From NCBI GenBank assembly GCA_000320545.1, contig ADNK01002846.1, forward strand, positions 1 to 60,252: a stretch of DNA of 60,252 bases, written 5' to 3'. This document shows, one piece after another, positions 1 to 10,997 of this stretch. Each line of letters starts with the position of its first letter. The first letter of the stretch is position 1. Under the pieces are notes generated by a model, which ran no database searches, was not told the DNA's origin, and saw only the letters and a program-made list of their open reading frames with translations. The position numbers and the translations under genes were made by a program. The stretch is from Bigelowiella natans CCMP2755. Its lineage: Eukaryota; Protista; Cercozoa.

Positions 1-12
1 TTATATTCTTTT

Positions 13-78
<66 letters not shown>

Positions 79-79
<1 letters not shown>

Positions 80-266
80 ATGGATTACTACGAAGACTTA
101 ACCTCCCCAGCGACGCAGAGTCGAGTCTTTGGAGCGATGCACAAACGGCAACATCAGAGGCAGGTGGGTGATGATGACGATGATGATGTCGCATACATAA
201 TCTCTAAGTAAGCATCATACGTTCTCCATCCCTTTGTTCCCGACTCTTTAATCCATTTTCCTCCTC

Positions 267-314
<48 letters not shown>

Positions 315-515
315 TATCGATCTCCCTCCTCCCGCCCCCTCTCTTCACCCTCCCCTTCCCCCGCCCCTCCCCTCCAGGCATGGACATTCCACGGGCGGCA
401 ATGAAGGACTACATCCAGGCGATGGACGAGCAGCTTGCACGCCATGAGGGCCGCGCTGACTTCGAGAGGGACCCTGAAGACAGAACGAAGGTGGTAGTAG
501 TATTAGCGGTGGTAG

Positions 516-549
<34 letters not shown>

Positions 550-824
550 CACTTGCAGCTTGAATGGTAGCTGTAGGAGAGGGAAAACATGAGGAATCAT
601 CCTGTACACGCGCTTTTCTGTCCCAGGTGGATTTGAAATACAACCTGGCCAAAAATTGGGCGGCGGCATACGCAGCGGAACGTGGTGAGCCTGGCCCGGT
701 GAGCTCTGTGCTGAATTCCCTGGGGCTTCGAGAACGATTCAATCAGGAGGCCCCCACGCCTGAGGACATGCTGAAGCGACCGAATGATGATGATGATGAC
801 GGTGATGACGCGATGTGGGCGTGA
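79..824 (+). CDS. 3' exons of an uncharacterised multi-exon gene entering from the left edge
   Basis: Coding-like segments about 79-163, 379-490 and 627-824, bounded by GT..AG introns containing (CT)n and (TAG)n tracts; ends ...DDAMWA-TGA. No recognisable domain. Confidence 0.5.
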
Positions 825-2289
825 TTGCAGCTCAGATTGCGGAAGCAATTGAACGTCACCATCATGAATCGAAACCATGAGACGAAATCACTGACTCAAG
901 CTGAAAAAGAAGCATGGATCGCTGCGCGCACTCATCACGACATCGACGACAAAACACGGATGCTGTGAAGTGCATGAAACACATCATTACACAGACACTC
1001 AACTTTGGCGCTGTGGGCCCGCTGCATTGCACAGCTGCGTAAAGACGGCCATTGAACAAGCATGATTTGATTGATCACATCGCCGTCTTGCAAACAGACA
1101 CAAAACAAGCGCTGTGGACGCTGCTTTGCATGGCTGCATTGGGGTGACCATTGAAAAGATTTGATCACTTCATTGCATCCGTCTCTCGCATGTGTGTGTT
1201 GAAACGTGGAGCATGCCCATTGACAATGCACGAACTGCACATTCAAAACTCAAAATTGTGCTGCTACCCTGGCACCGGCTAGCCGATCGGCTACACGCAA
1301 TTGCACAATGATGCACTTTGATCAGGATTCACACATCGCATGAGCTTGTAAATTCACGGATCTGTTGCATGATTAGTCAAATTTACAATGTTTCCCACAC
1401 TAAGCGATCCACAAAATGTTCAGAAGATGTAGCGCAATTGACCATGAAGATCAACATTGCTTTCTCAGCACTCGCTGACAGCGCATGCGCATGAGCCGGT
1501 GGATAGATCCAAAAGAATCGATCAATCAGAATCCTTCTTAGAGAATCTCAGCCGATGAAAGAAACTCATTACTTTTCTCATTGGACTGCGTGGAGAGTTT
1601 ACAGCGGAAGAGCGGCTCGATCTGGGCGACGTTATAGTCGACGAGCATCGCTCTTTAGCTACGATGAAGGGAACCTCAATCTTCAGGACGGGTATGTTCA
1701 CTGCGGTAACAGATGCCGATCTCTTGAACTGGTCACGTCGTTCGCCGCCTCTCCGTGGACTTCTTGCCTTCGTAGCTGAGAATCGCCTCGGCCGCACGAT
1801 GGCACCAGGAGAGGGCTTTGCGAGCTCAGGTCCACCCGCTGCCGTGCGAGGCACGCTTCTGGCAGTATTCGACGCACTGCGAAACCTCGTCGGGCTGAGC
1901 CCTCGCCGCCGTGATGATGAGGAGCGCCCTCTTGGCGAGATCTTTTCGCTGCTCAGGCGACGGCGTCGCTGAACTGGGCTTTCTATGACACTGTTCTCGC
2001 CCGATCCAGACCTGCTGTGAAGGGGCGGCGAGATGGCCGAGCCGGAGCTGCTTCGCCGCTGCCGGGTCATTGCGCTCGGGCTCCATTGGCCAGAGCCGCC
2101 GCGCGAGCTTTGCTTTCGCACTCCAGTCATCTGCTTCAGGATCTCCTTTTGTGTCTGCGACCTGGCATGACATCATGTAAATTCCACGTACACAGAGCAG
2201 TAAGAGCAAGGAGAGGGCTGCTGGCGCCCATTTTTTTTTAAAGACGGCTCTGCTCTTGCCGCCGCCTCATGCGTGCCGCTGACCTGCTC

Positions 2290-4670
2290 CGAGTTCTACG
2301 CATCAGATCCCATTTTTTCTGTTGGTATCTGTGGAAGAATGACCTGGAGAGAGAAGGGGTTGACGGGTGGTTGTTGTTGCTCGGCAAGCAAAGGTCTCTT
2401 ATATATTATTAGGCGATGGAGATATATACATGCATGCCCATCATTGAGCGTGGTTTGACCTCAGGCTCTCCCACCCCAGTTCGGCTCTTGTAATCATGAG
2501 ATCCTAAAAGCATACATAGAGATGTGCGTATGAAACAAAAGGGGCGAGGGAGGAAGGGGCGATGACGACACACAGAGCGTACCTCCATGACCACTGCGCT
2601 GATAGGAAGGCTCGCATCAATCACGTAGCACTCCTCGCAAACCTGCACAGCCAGTATCTTCGATCAACAGAAGGATCAGGGAAGGAAGAAATATTCTACC
2701 CCCCCCCCCCCCCCCTCCCCTTCCATACCTCTTCCCTACCTTAAGACACTTGATATCCGAAAAATCTCGAAGAATGGCCAGTACGGCTTCGTCTATCGTA
2801 CTCTTATCTTTCATAGTCTTCAGATCCTACCATCCAAAATCAGATCATGTGCGCTCGCCATTCGCGTGTTTTCATCTTCGGTTTGTTGTACAGGGCCTTG
2901 TCAGGGGCGCCCTCGGACAGTGACCATGATTACCTTGACTAAGGACTCGGTCTTTTCTTTCGATTTCAGTAGATGAGCTGCTTTCCGCACGGCTAATATT
3001 GCTCTCTGTATGTGTATCACGAGCACGAGAACTGAATGAAGGGCGTTGCTGCATCGTATAAAGCCATGGAAAAACATGGCAAACGTAGATACCCTCTCTG
3101 CGATGAACAGTGCTGGTGCTGGTAGTGAGGAGGCTTTCGGACAATATTTCTGCACCGGCAAAACCATCATGAGAAGAACATATATGATGGCACATCGAGA
3201 AGGAAGTGCCACCTGCGATTGCTTGAAAGACGCCTCGGCAAGGTCACAAAAGAAAATGAAAGCGTCCCTGATGATGTTAGAATTAAAGAGAACAAAATGA
3301 TCCACGACGGGCATTCGGGAGGGTGATTTCCTTGGTGTGAATCTACTTCTTCCGTGTCTCCGCGAAGAAAAACCGGACAGAAACGCGGCTATTCACGTGA
3401 TCATTCAATCCTAGAGCTTCTGCAATCTTTCGGACACGATCAGGTTCAGATAATCTCATCACCAACCGATATACAGGGCATAGTACCTTCATTATTTGGG
3501 CTAAATTTTCGTAGCTGCAGTCCTCCGATGGGGGCACTAAATTGTGATAGCATGGGGTGTGTTGCTGCGCCCAATCGCTCTGCAAACCCTGTTAGCGCAG
3601 TACCGATGCTGATCTTCGAAACCAAGGTCGCTATTCTCACATCGGCATTTCGGAACACCTCACCGAATGATAAAATCATCTACATATGTATGAATCGCGC
3701 TGTAGCTCAGTGATGTGTTCTCACCTTTTTGAAAATCTCCCCGCGTCTTAACTCTCTCCAGAGAAGCGCAGTTTCTTCCGCTTGAGAATTTGGGAGAAGA
3801 AGTCCTTTATTTTCTGCTGTCTCCTTTTTCATCTCCGAAATATCCTTCCTTCCACTGGAAGCTGCAAGCAAATCGCCAGTTGTCTTCCGAAGCCATCCCA
3901 ACAAATTTAGAGCCAAAATATGAACCTTGTCCAATGTCATCGTCACCATCATAATCATCAATCATCATCATCGTTGATAGTTGGATGTGCGATTATGAGT
4001 TAGATCGAAGTTACGTCTTTGGCTTCGTACTTCCTTAGGCTTGCTGTTTGATAGAGTGCAAAGAACAATAGACTTTAAAGCTTCACTTGAAGAATTCTAA
4101 CAGCCTAGGTGACCTAGCATGCTGCTGCTTTTGCGTCGATGGCGTTGCTGTTGGCTTGAATTGGAGCGAGATTGATCCTTTCTGACCGGAGCGGGTGCTG
4201 CCATTTCCTTTGTGACTTCAAACGTCGAGGATTTCACTTCACATCTAAGATAGAACCCTTTCTCAGGGTGAACAGGGAGGGGGGCGAAAGTAGCTACCTT
4301 TTCCTTTCCGATCATCCATTGTCCGGTACTTGGTTTTTGGTGCAGCACTGGCAGAACTCTTGCTGTGTGCTCCCTGAGACAAGGTCATCGGTTCCTAAAA
4401 GTCTCGATAACGGCGCTCTGGGGCTGGGATACCCCCTGTCCATTGCTTTTTTCCCTGTACACGCAAGTTGCTGCCGCCCCCGCTTACAAAGAGCATTTTT
4501 CTCGAGTTTTTGCGGAGCATCAGCTGATCAGCGTCCAAACTTCGCGATTTTTTCGTTGTCGCAGGGTGTAAAATCGATGATATTTTCCGCAAAAAATTAG
4601 CTGCTGAGTCGACCGAACGCCAGAAATGGAGAACTAACTCGACACGAGCACAGTAGTGCTCCGGATGGCG
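2290..4670 (-). CDS. Probable multi-exon gene, uncharacterised protein (boundaries approximate)
   Basis: Several short minus-strand coding-like segments ending at GT donors (e.g. ...DFSDIKCLK|gtagg near 2741, ...ISAVVME|gtacg near 2583), plus ORFs 2901-3314, 3446-3679, 3707-3961 and 4097-4348. No family recognised. Confidence 0.35.
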
Positions 4671-4793
4671 CGCCAGCCGCCTGGAGCGAATTTTGCCGAT
4701 ATTTTCCCGAAAATAATAAAAATAAATTTATACCATTAAAATTTCGGCGGTACCACCAGTCCTCGTCTCAAAACCCGCTCCGCCCACGTGCCG

Positions 4794-6159
4794 ATGGCGT
4801 TTGCACGGGGGGGGCGGGGTGCGCCTCAAAAGAACCGTTCTCCCACCGGCGGCGAAGTTGCCAAAAAAAAACACTTCAGTAAAGTGCGGACCGCCTGCGT
4901 TCTTCTGGGGGCAGTGTTCTTCTTGGGGTTCATACCTCCCGTTTTGCTGAATTCGGAGGTACTTTGAAAGAAGGGGTAGGGAGACAGCGAAAGGTGATTT
5001 GTGGCACTTTTCCTGGCGAATAAGTACCCCATGATGTATTTCTGGAAGTAACTGGGACGCTTGTTTGTTGTGGTAAACGTAGATTCACAATCGAGACACC
5101 GCGTTTGCGAAGGCTTCAACATCAGAGGGGGCACATCCGGAAGGACTAGGTCCGGGTCGGGGCGATAGCAGCTCTAGAAAATCCCACACGTTAAGTCCCC
5201 TATCCCTCGGGACTCAGCCAACGAATCCAGGTAAGTGCAAAAGCCGTGAGGAGAACTCTAGTTCAACTCTCGGTAACAATGGCAGCGGTGTTTCTGTTGC
5301 CATTCTCCTCGTTGGGGAGCTGGATGTTGGTGTTCAGGATCCCGACGCCTTGCTGCGAAACCTCTGCGGTTTCGACGTTTATATTTCTAGCTACTCAGAG
5401 TACGAAGCTCTTGCCTCGCAGCTTGCAAAACCTGAGCAGATCCTTCTGACACCGAGAAATCTCGTCCCCTGCCATCCCACCGGAGTAATGCTGCAGTGGT
5501 GGCACCTTGATAGGCTGCTAAAACACAAACGCTTCAGACATCAGTTGGAGAAGTACGATGTGATCATCAAGCTTAGAGCAGACTTAATATTCCATGCCCC
5601 ACTCACTCATGCGGGGCTTGAGGACATCCCGAACGGCTGTTTCCAGATGAATAGCGATCATTCCTTCTACGCCCGCCGTGCTACGTTTTTCGAAGCTCTG
5701 GACGACTTCTATGCCACATTGATGACAAAATACGCTTATCAAGCGGAAACATACTTTGACCTTAACTGGGAAAATCTCAAGCAAAGCTGTAACAATACTC
5801 TCCCGCCCTCGAAGATGCCGGTGGCAGACCGATACGAACTGTCGCGCTATCGACACATTCGGCGCGACATCCAAGTGCCTCTCCAATGGCTGGTGTATCC
5901 GGTTTCGATATATGATCGCAACGTGCAGACTCTCGCCGCAAACATTCAGACCATCAGCGGAAAGCCAGATATGAGCCAGGGAATTACGAACAAGGGGATG
6001 GGCAACACGGTTTTTTCCAGCGAAAAATTCTTCCTCCTACACGTTATCAACAAATTCCCTGTGTGTAGGAACAAGCTTCCTGTTATTGGGGTTTCCCAGA
6101 GACGAAGTGATTTGTCCTTCGCTTCAAAACGAAGCGCCTGTAAAAAGAATGAGAACTAG
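4794..6159 (+). CDS. Type II membrane putative glycosyltransferase-like protein (2 exons: 4794-4958, 5083-6159)
   Basis: Exon 1 encodes a basic N-terminus and a TM anchor (TACVLLGAVFFLGFIPPVLL). A phase-0 GT..AG intron joins it in frame to exon 2, which has VAILLVGEL..FDVYISSY..MLQWWHL..YDVIIKLRADLIF, resembling the YDxxIRxRxD putative glycosyltransferase families. Confidence 0.65.
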
Positions 6160-6598
6160 GTGCGATCGATCGATGGCGCAATGAGTTGCGCAGACATGCG
6201 CAGACAAGATTTCTCGCCTGCAATGGTGAGTGCTTTTAGATCTGGATACCTGCGCAGTGACAATATATATTATATATATAGTGTATTGCATGTCTATCAT
6301 CGTGTCATCAGCACATCTCATGACAAAATGGCCATCTCACGTGCATGAACTTGGCCATCACACAAATTGTGGCACAAGTAACAATACATGCTCGGATGTG
6401 GAGCGAAATGCACATGAAACATGCAATTTGATGATTGCATTTTGCAGCATGATGATGTTGTGACAATGCTGATGTGTTTGCATGATGACAATCAACCGAG
6501 CCACAGCCACAACGCAATTTCCTGAAGACAAGTTGACACAAGCTTGCAACAGACGTGGTTAAGTGCATCTGGCACAAGTACGACTAGCATTTGTACTT

Positions 6599-6960
6599 GG
6601 CATTGCACAAATTGCAGCTTGCCGCAAAAAGCGCGGCGTCGCGTGCGTGCAAACCAATGATTGCATTGAGCATGTGCGCACAGTCAGTTGCACGTGCGCA
6701 TCAGCTCGCGCGTGCACAGCTGCGCGCACTTTCTGATCGCGCGCATTTGCATTGCGCACGATGCACGTGTGCACACATCGTGCTGCGCGCGTTCCAATGA
6801 TGCATGCACGCACGTGTCTGCACGTCGTTTGTTGCGCATTTTGCCAATCAAACGCTCACGTTTTTCAATGCAAAAAACGATCGTGCGTTGCGTGTGTGAT
6901 GCAGCTGCACGAGTGCACGCACGCTTGCTTGTTGCGCACGTGCGTGCACGCGTGTGTGTG
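6599..6960 (+). repeat. Left terminal inverted repeat (first ~120 bp near-identical to right TIR; similarity with indels extends ~360 bp)
   Basis: Manual alignment to the reverse complement of about 10025-10376. Confidence 0.85.
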
Positions 6961-7161
6961 CGTGCACGTGTTCAACGTGCGCAGCCGTCACCAGTGCTTT
7001 GGCAGAGCCCGCTGCCTTGCTCTGTTTGCACTTTGAGCTGCCATGACAATTTGGTCGCCGTGCAGCGCGCACAATGCAAAAAGTGACGCTTTTTCAGCGG
7101 TGCATGCGATTGCATGTCAAAACGACAACTTGCAACAAGCAGCAGCAGCGACACTCCAGCA

Positions 7162-8021
7162 TCAAATTTCAGACTCGTCGCTGCTGCTGCTAGAAAGCAC
7201 CTTCTTCTCCCCGTCCCACACCGACTCTTCGAAAAAAAAAATGCCAATGTGCTGATTGGACTTGACCATTTCGTGTTGTTCAATGGTGGTTCCATCCGGA
7301 ACCCGCACATTGAACTCGTGCTGGGAGGGAGGCAGTTTCAGTTTTTTCAATGTTTCTTTGGCTCTGACTTGCTCAGAAGTCAGAGCCGCCACTTTCGTTG
7401 ATGAAGCCACCACGTCAGCTTTTTCCTTTGGTGGCTTTGTTTTCATTGTCACCCAATGCGAACGAACACGCAAGGTGATGTCGATCATGATGAAGCTCTG
7501 CAGGGCTTCACGTTGAGTTCCGCTGTGGAACCAGGCTAGCAGGTGCACCCGTGTCAAAGCAAAAGCAAAAACACAACGCACCTTCATCATCGAGTGGACT
7601 TTGTCCACCTCGAATTCACACGAAGCCCTGCAGAGCTTGTTGATTGACATCCACGTCCCCGAGTTGAGCTTGACTTCGAAGGGCGTGGGGCCGCGGAGCA
7701 GCGTCTGCTCCGCCAGGTCGCTCTCAGAGCGACCCATCTCCTCGTCTGCAACTGCGTCCGAGAGGTCATCACTGACCTCCGGATCGCATTGCCGTGCTCT
7801 CTTTCGAGACGGCGTTGAGGAGGAGGAAAGGCTGCTCGCGGGTTTGAGTCCCAGGGTCCGCGCTCGGCGCTTCACCTGGTTCCCGCGTTGGCCTTTCCTC
7901 GGCCAGAACTGAAGCAAGTTTTGGCCAGACAAGCCCAGGGCCGCTTCAGCTTGTCAGGAGGGATCGCACGGATCCCTCCTTTCAATTTGCGGTCCATCTC
8001 ATCCGTCCACTTTGACCCCAT
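7162..8021 (-). pseudogene. Harbinger accessory Myb/SANT-like DNA-binding protein, frameshifted
   Basis: MGSKWTDEMDRKLKGGIRAIPPDKLKRPWACLAKTC, then in another frame WPRKGQRGNQVKRRARTLGLK, giving the WT-x-E-x-D..L..W..LA..R-x-x-Q-x-x-R-R Myb pattern. ORF 7162-7932 (256 aa) contains no Tyr. Confidence 0.6.
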
Positions 8022-8672
8022 TGGACGGAAGGTGCAATTTTTGCGCGCGAGCTGTTGTCGCACTCGCAACGGCAAAAATTGTCCTGCGTGGGGTCACTTG
8101 CGACAAGGGACCGGGCCCTTGTCGCAAGGGAAAACACCCGCAGAAGCTAGGAGCACTCGAAAGTTGAGTTTCGAGAAGCTAGCTTCGGGTTGGATTCACG
8201 TCAAATCACCAGGATTGCAAGTTGCACGTGTGCAACCCGACTGGTGCTCACAGGCGCTTTGTCGCAACGACACAAAGCGTTTGTGCAACACTTCTGTCGG
8301 GAAAACATTGCAACATCCTGTTGATGTTTGTGACTCATCTCGACGATCCACGGAAAAGCTCGAAGCGCAAAAAAAGCTCGAGCACAGTGGGCCGTCGACA
8401 AAAGCTCGAAGCACACTTGACTTTGTCGGCGAGCTTTGGGGCCCCTGTTGGAGCTTCAAGCTCAAGCCACAAAAGACAGGTGCTTTGGGCCCTGTGGTGG
8501 CGGGAAACCCACCCCCGCCCGCCACAGCGCCCACATTGACCCCAAAGCTCGCGTGCGAAAAAAGCGCACTTTTCTGAAAGCGCAATGCGCTTCGCGCTTC
8601 GCGCTTTTTTTGGGCTTTTCGCCCAATCGAGCTTTTTCAAAATTGAAACGTGAACTCAGGCACAGGCTCCCC

Positions 8673-9986
8673 ATGAGCGTGCCCAAGTTTGCAACGTGCG
8701 TGGGAACCATTGTGACTTCCTCTCCTTCGTCTGTGAGTTTCACTTTGCTCACAGGAAGGAGGAGGAGAGAGAGGCCTGGGTGGGGCCATTCGAGAGCTGC
8801 TTCCATGAGTTCTCGCACCCAGCCTGGATCTCCTCCTTCGGATCAACCGTGGAGGAAGTCTAGAAGTGCAGCACGTGTGGGATGAATGCAGATGCGAAAC
8901 AGGGTTGTTGCGTGAAGATGTCCTCATCGGACTGCACTTTGTGTGGGCATGTCCGACCCAATGTCAAGGTGCAGCCCTGTGGAGGATGCATCGCAACACT
9001 TGTGAGTGCAAACGTTGGGTCCCCGTGATTGCATTGGGGGTGTCCACATGAAAGAAACAAAAGTGGAGAATGGAAAACATGATCGTGCAGATGCCAAAGG
9101 TCCCGCCTCCCACGTGACCCTGTGCGTCGACGCCACAGACGCGCCGATTGGCAAGCCTTCATCCAAGGCTGACCAACGGCGCTTCTGGACGTTCAAAAAC
9201 AGGAAGTTTGCCAAGAGGCACGTGGCGGCGGCATCTGTCGCCACGGGGGACCTCTGCTGGGTCAGCAAGGCATGCCCCGCTGCCACCGGTGACCTCCCCA
9301 TCGTTCGTGGGGAAGCCGGGTCAGGCGGGGAGCGACTCGACCTGCAGGTCGACTGGTTCGAGCGCACAGGTGGGGATGGTGCCCACAGGTGCAGGCAAGA
9401 CCCCAAGCATGTCGCTCCGCGGAGAAAACCGCGCAACAAACAAGTGTCTGCCGCCGACCGTGAGCACAACACGGAGCACGGCGGCACGCGTGCAATCGCA
9501 GAGAACGTGTTCTCCAGGGTCAAGTCCTGGGCGGTGATGACCTCGTGGAGGCATCACCGTGATCTTCACGACATTTCTGCTGGCCTGGTGTTCCAATTGA
9601 CCCAGGTAGGTGCAGAACGTCGTGAAGCTTCACGCTGATTGCGTTCGGCATTGTTTCCACAGGTCAAGAACGTTTTCAGACCTGTGAGGGCTGGTGTTCG
9701 CAACCAGCCCGGGACCAAGCGCAGCTGGGACGTGGCCCGGGCCACTGGCTCCGTGCCACGTGCAATTCCCGCTGCAAAGTCCAGGGCTGCACGCAGGACA
9801 TTGGTCTTGCAAAAGCAGCCCAAGCGGAAAAAGGGTCGTGCCTCCTCGAAGCACGCTGCAGCGCAGGATGCTGCCATGCGTGAATGGGAGGCAAAGATCT
9901 ACGCAATGCACGCAAGCGATGCAAGGACAGACAGAGCAAGGCAGCGAGCTCTGTCAAAGCATGCATCGCGTGCCAGCACGTCGTAG
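8673..9986 (+). pseudogene. DDE transposase (DDE_Tnp_4 / Harbinger-IS5-like), frameshifted and hypermutated
   Basis: Motifs LIGLHFVWA(C)PT, LCVDATDAPI (D1), GDLCWVSKA(C)P..GDL, GGDGA(H) (D2), RKPR, RAI(A)ENVFSRVKSW (E). Probable introns at about 8696-8754 and 9606-9662; frameshifts at 8860-8867 and near 9010-9050. Confidence 0.85.
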
Positions 9987-10024
9987 TTTGTCAACACGCA
10001 CGTGCAGCAGACACGCAAACGCGA

Positions 10025-10376
10025 CTGGTGCATGCACGCACGTGCGCAACACGCAAGCACATGCGTGCACGCGTGCAGCTGCATTGCACGCAATGCACGA
10101 TCGTTTTTTCATCGAAAAACGTGAGCGTTTGATTGCAAAAATGCGCAACAAACGACGTGCAGACACGTGCGTGCACGCACAATTGGAACGCGTGAGCGTG
10201 CAGTGCAGTGCACGTGCGCACGTGCACCATGACTGCACGTCCACGCAGCACGATGTGTGCACACGTGCATCGCGCGCGCACGTGCAACTGACTGTGCGCA
10301 CATGCTCAATGCAATCATTGGTTTGCACGCACGCGACGCCGCGCTTTTTGCGGCAAGCTGCAATTTGTACAATGCC
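10025..10376 (-). repeat. Right terminal inverted repeat
   Basis: Reverse complement matches 6599-6960; retains GTAC (10367-10370) where the left TIR has GCAC. Confidence 0.85.
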
Positions 10377-10997
10377 AAATGAGAATTAAATGCAAACAGA
10401 GGCGACATCACAACACCGTGAGATTAGATGGAAGCCACACTGCGCAAGCAAGCTTAGCGTGACAAACATGCACTCAGATTGAGAACACCGCCCTCGAACG
10501 AGGTAAAGAGAATTGTGTTGACACATGTTCAACACACATGTGCATGAATGTAATGCAGATATAATCATTTATCAGGGTTTTTTAATTAGATCAAATTGTA
10601 TTTATTTGAACTTGTGCTACGCTTCTCTACGGTTATAGTCAACACGAGTTCCCGTCCACAATCCTCGTTCCTCATGAATGATATCTACGTTACACAACTC
10701 AATACAACTCATAAGTATGCAGACAGCCTCCTGCCTGCGCTACTACTATCAACCTGCATTCTACACGCGCCTCCCAGCTCAAAACTAACATCTCATGATG
10801 AAGCACATGCAGTGTGTCTACAGACACAGTGTGTGCCATGTGCACATTGTGTCTGTTGTCACAACGCATGTTTTATTCCAGCAACTAGAAGTGAAGAGAA
10901 TGTTTCCGTGGCCTTCCTTCAGCGTCATCAGAGATGAACGTGGAAGGTCATTGCATCTCCATGCGTCGTTTTACTTTGGCAGAGTGCTTGTGACTTC

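Larger units (their letters stand above)
6599..10376. mobile_element. Inactivated PIF/Harbinger-like DNA transposon (about 3.8 kb) with long imperfect TIRs and divergent Myb-like and DDE transposase genes
   Basis: Left end GGCATTGCACAAATTGCAGCTTGCCGCAAAAAGCG.. (6599) matches the reverse complement of the right end (..CAATTTGTACAATGCC, 10376). Interior carries DDE_Tnp_4-like and Myb/SANT-like relics, the two-gene arrangement typical of PIF/Harbinger. No clean TSD visible. Confidence 0.85.

Noticed and set aside
15-78. (CT)n(GT)n and other microsatellites throughout the window, giving poly-C/V/S/L ORFs
   Set aside because: Ordinary intronic and intergenic simple repeats; the translations are not real proteins.
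1522-2209. GC-rich ORFs on both strands (202 aa minus, 102 aa plus)
   Set aside because: No recognisable domain or consistent splice structure; cannot choose a frame.
6590-10385. Target-site duplication of the Harbinger-like element
   Set aside because: Flanks (..TACTT and AAATG..) show no matching TWA repeat; it may have been mutated, so none is claimed.
6559-10411. Dense overlapping ORFs in all six frames rich in C, H, A, R and V (also 18500-21700)
   Set aside because: Artefact of TpA loss: TAA and TAG stops and Tyr codons were erased, opening spurious frames.
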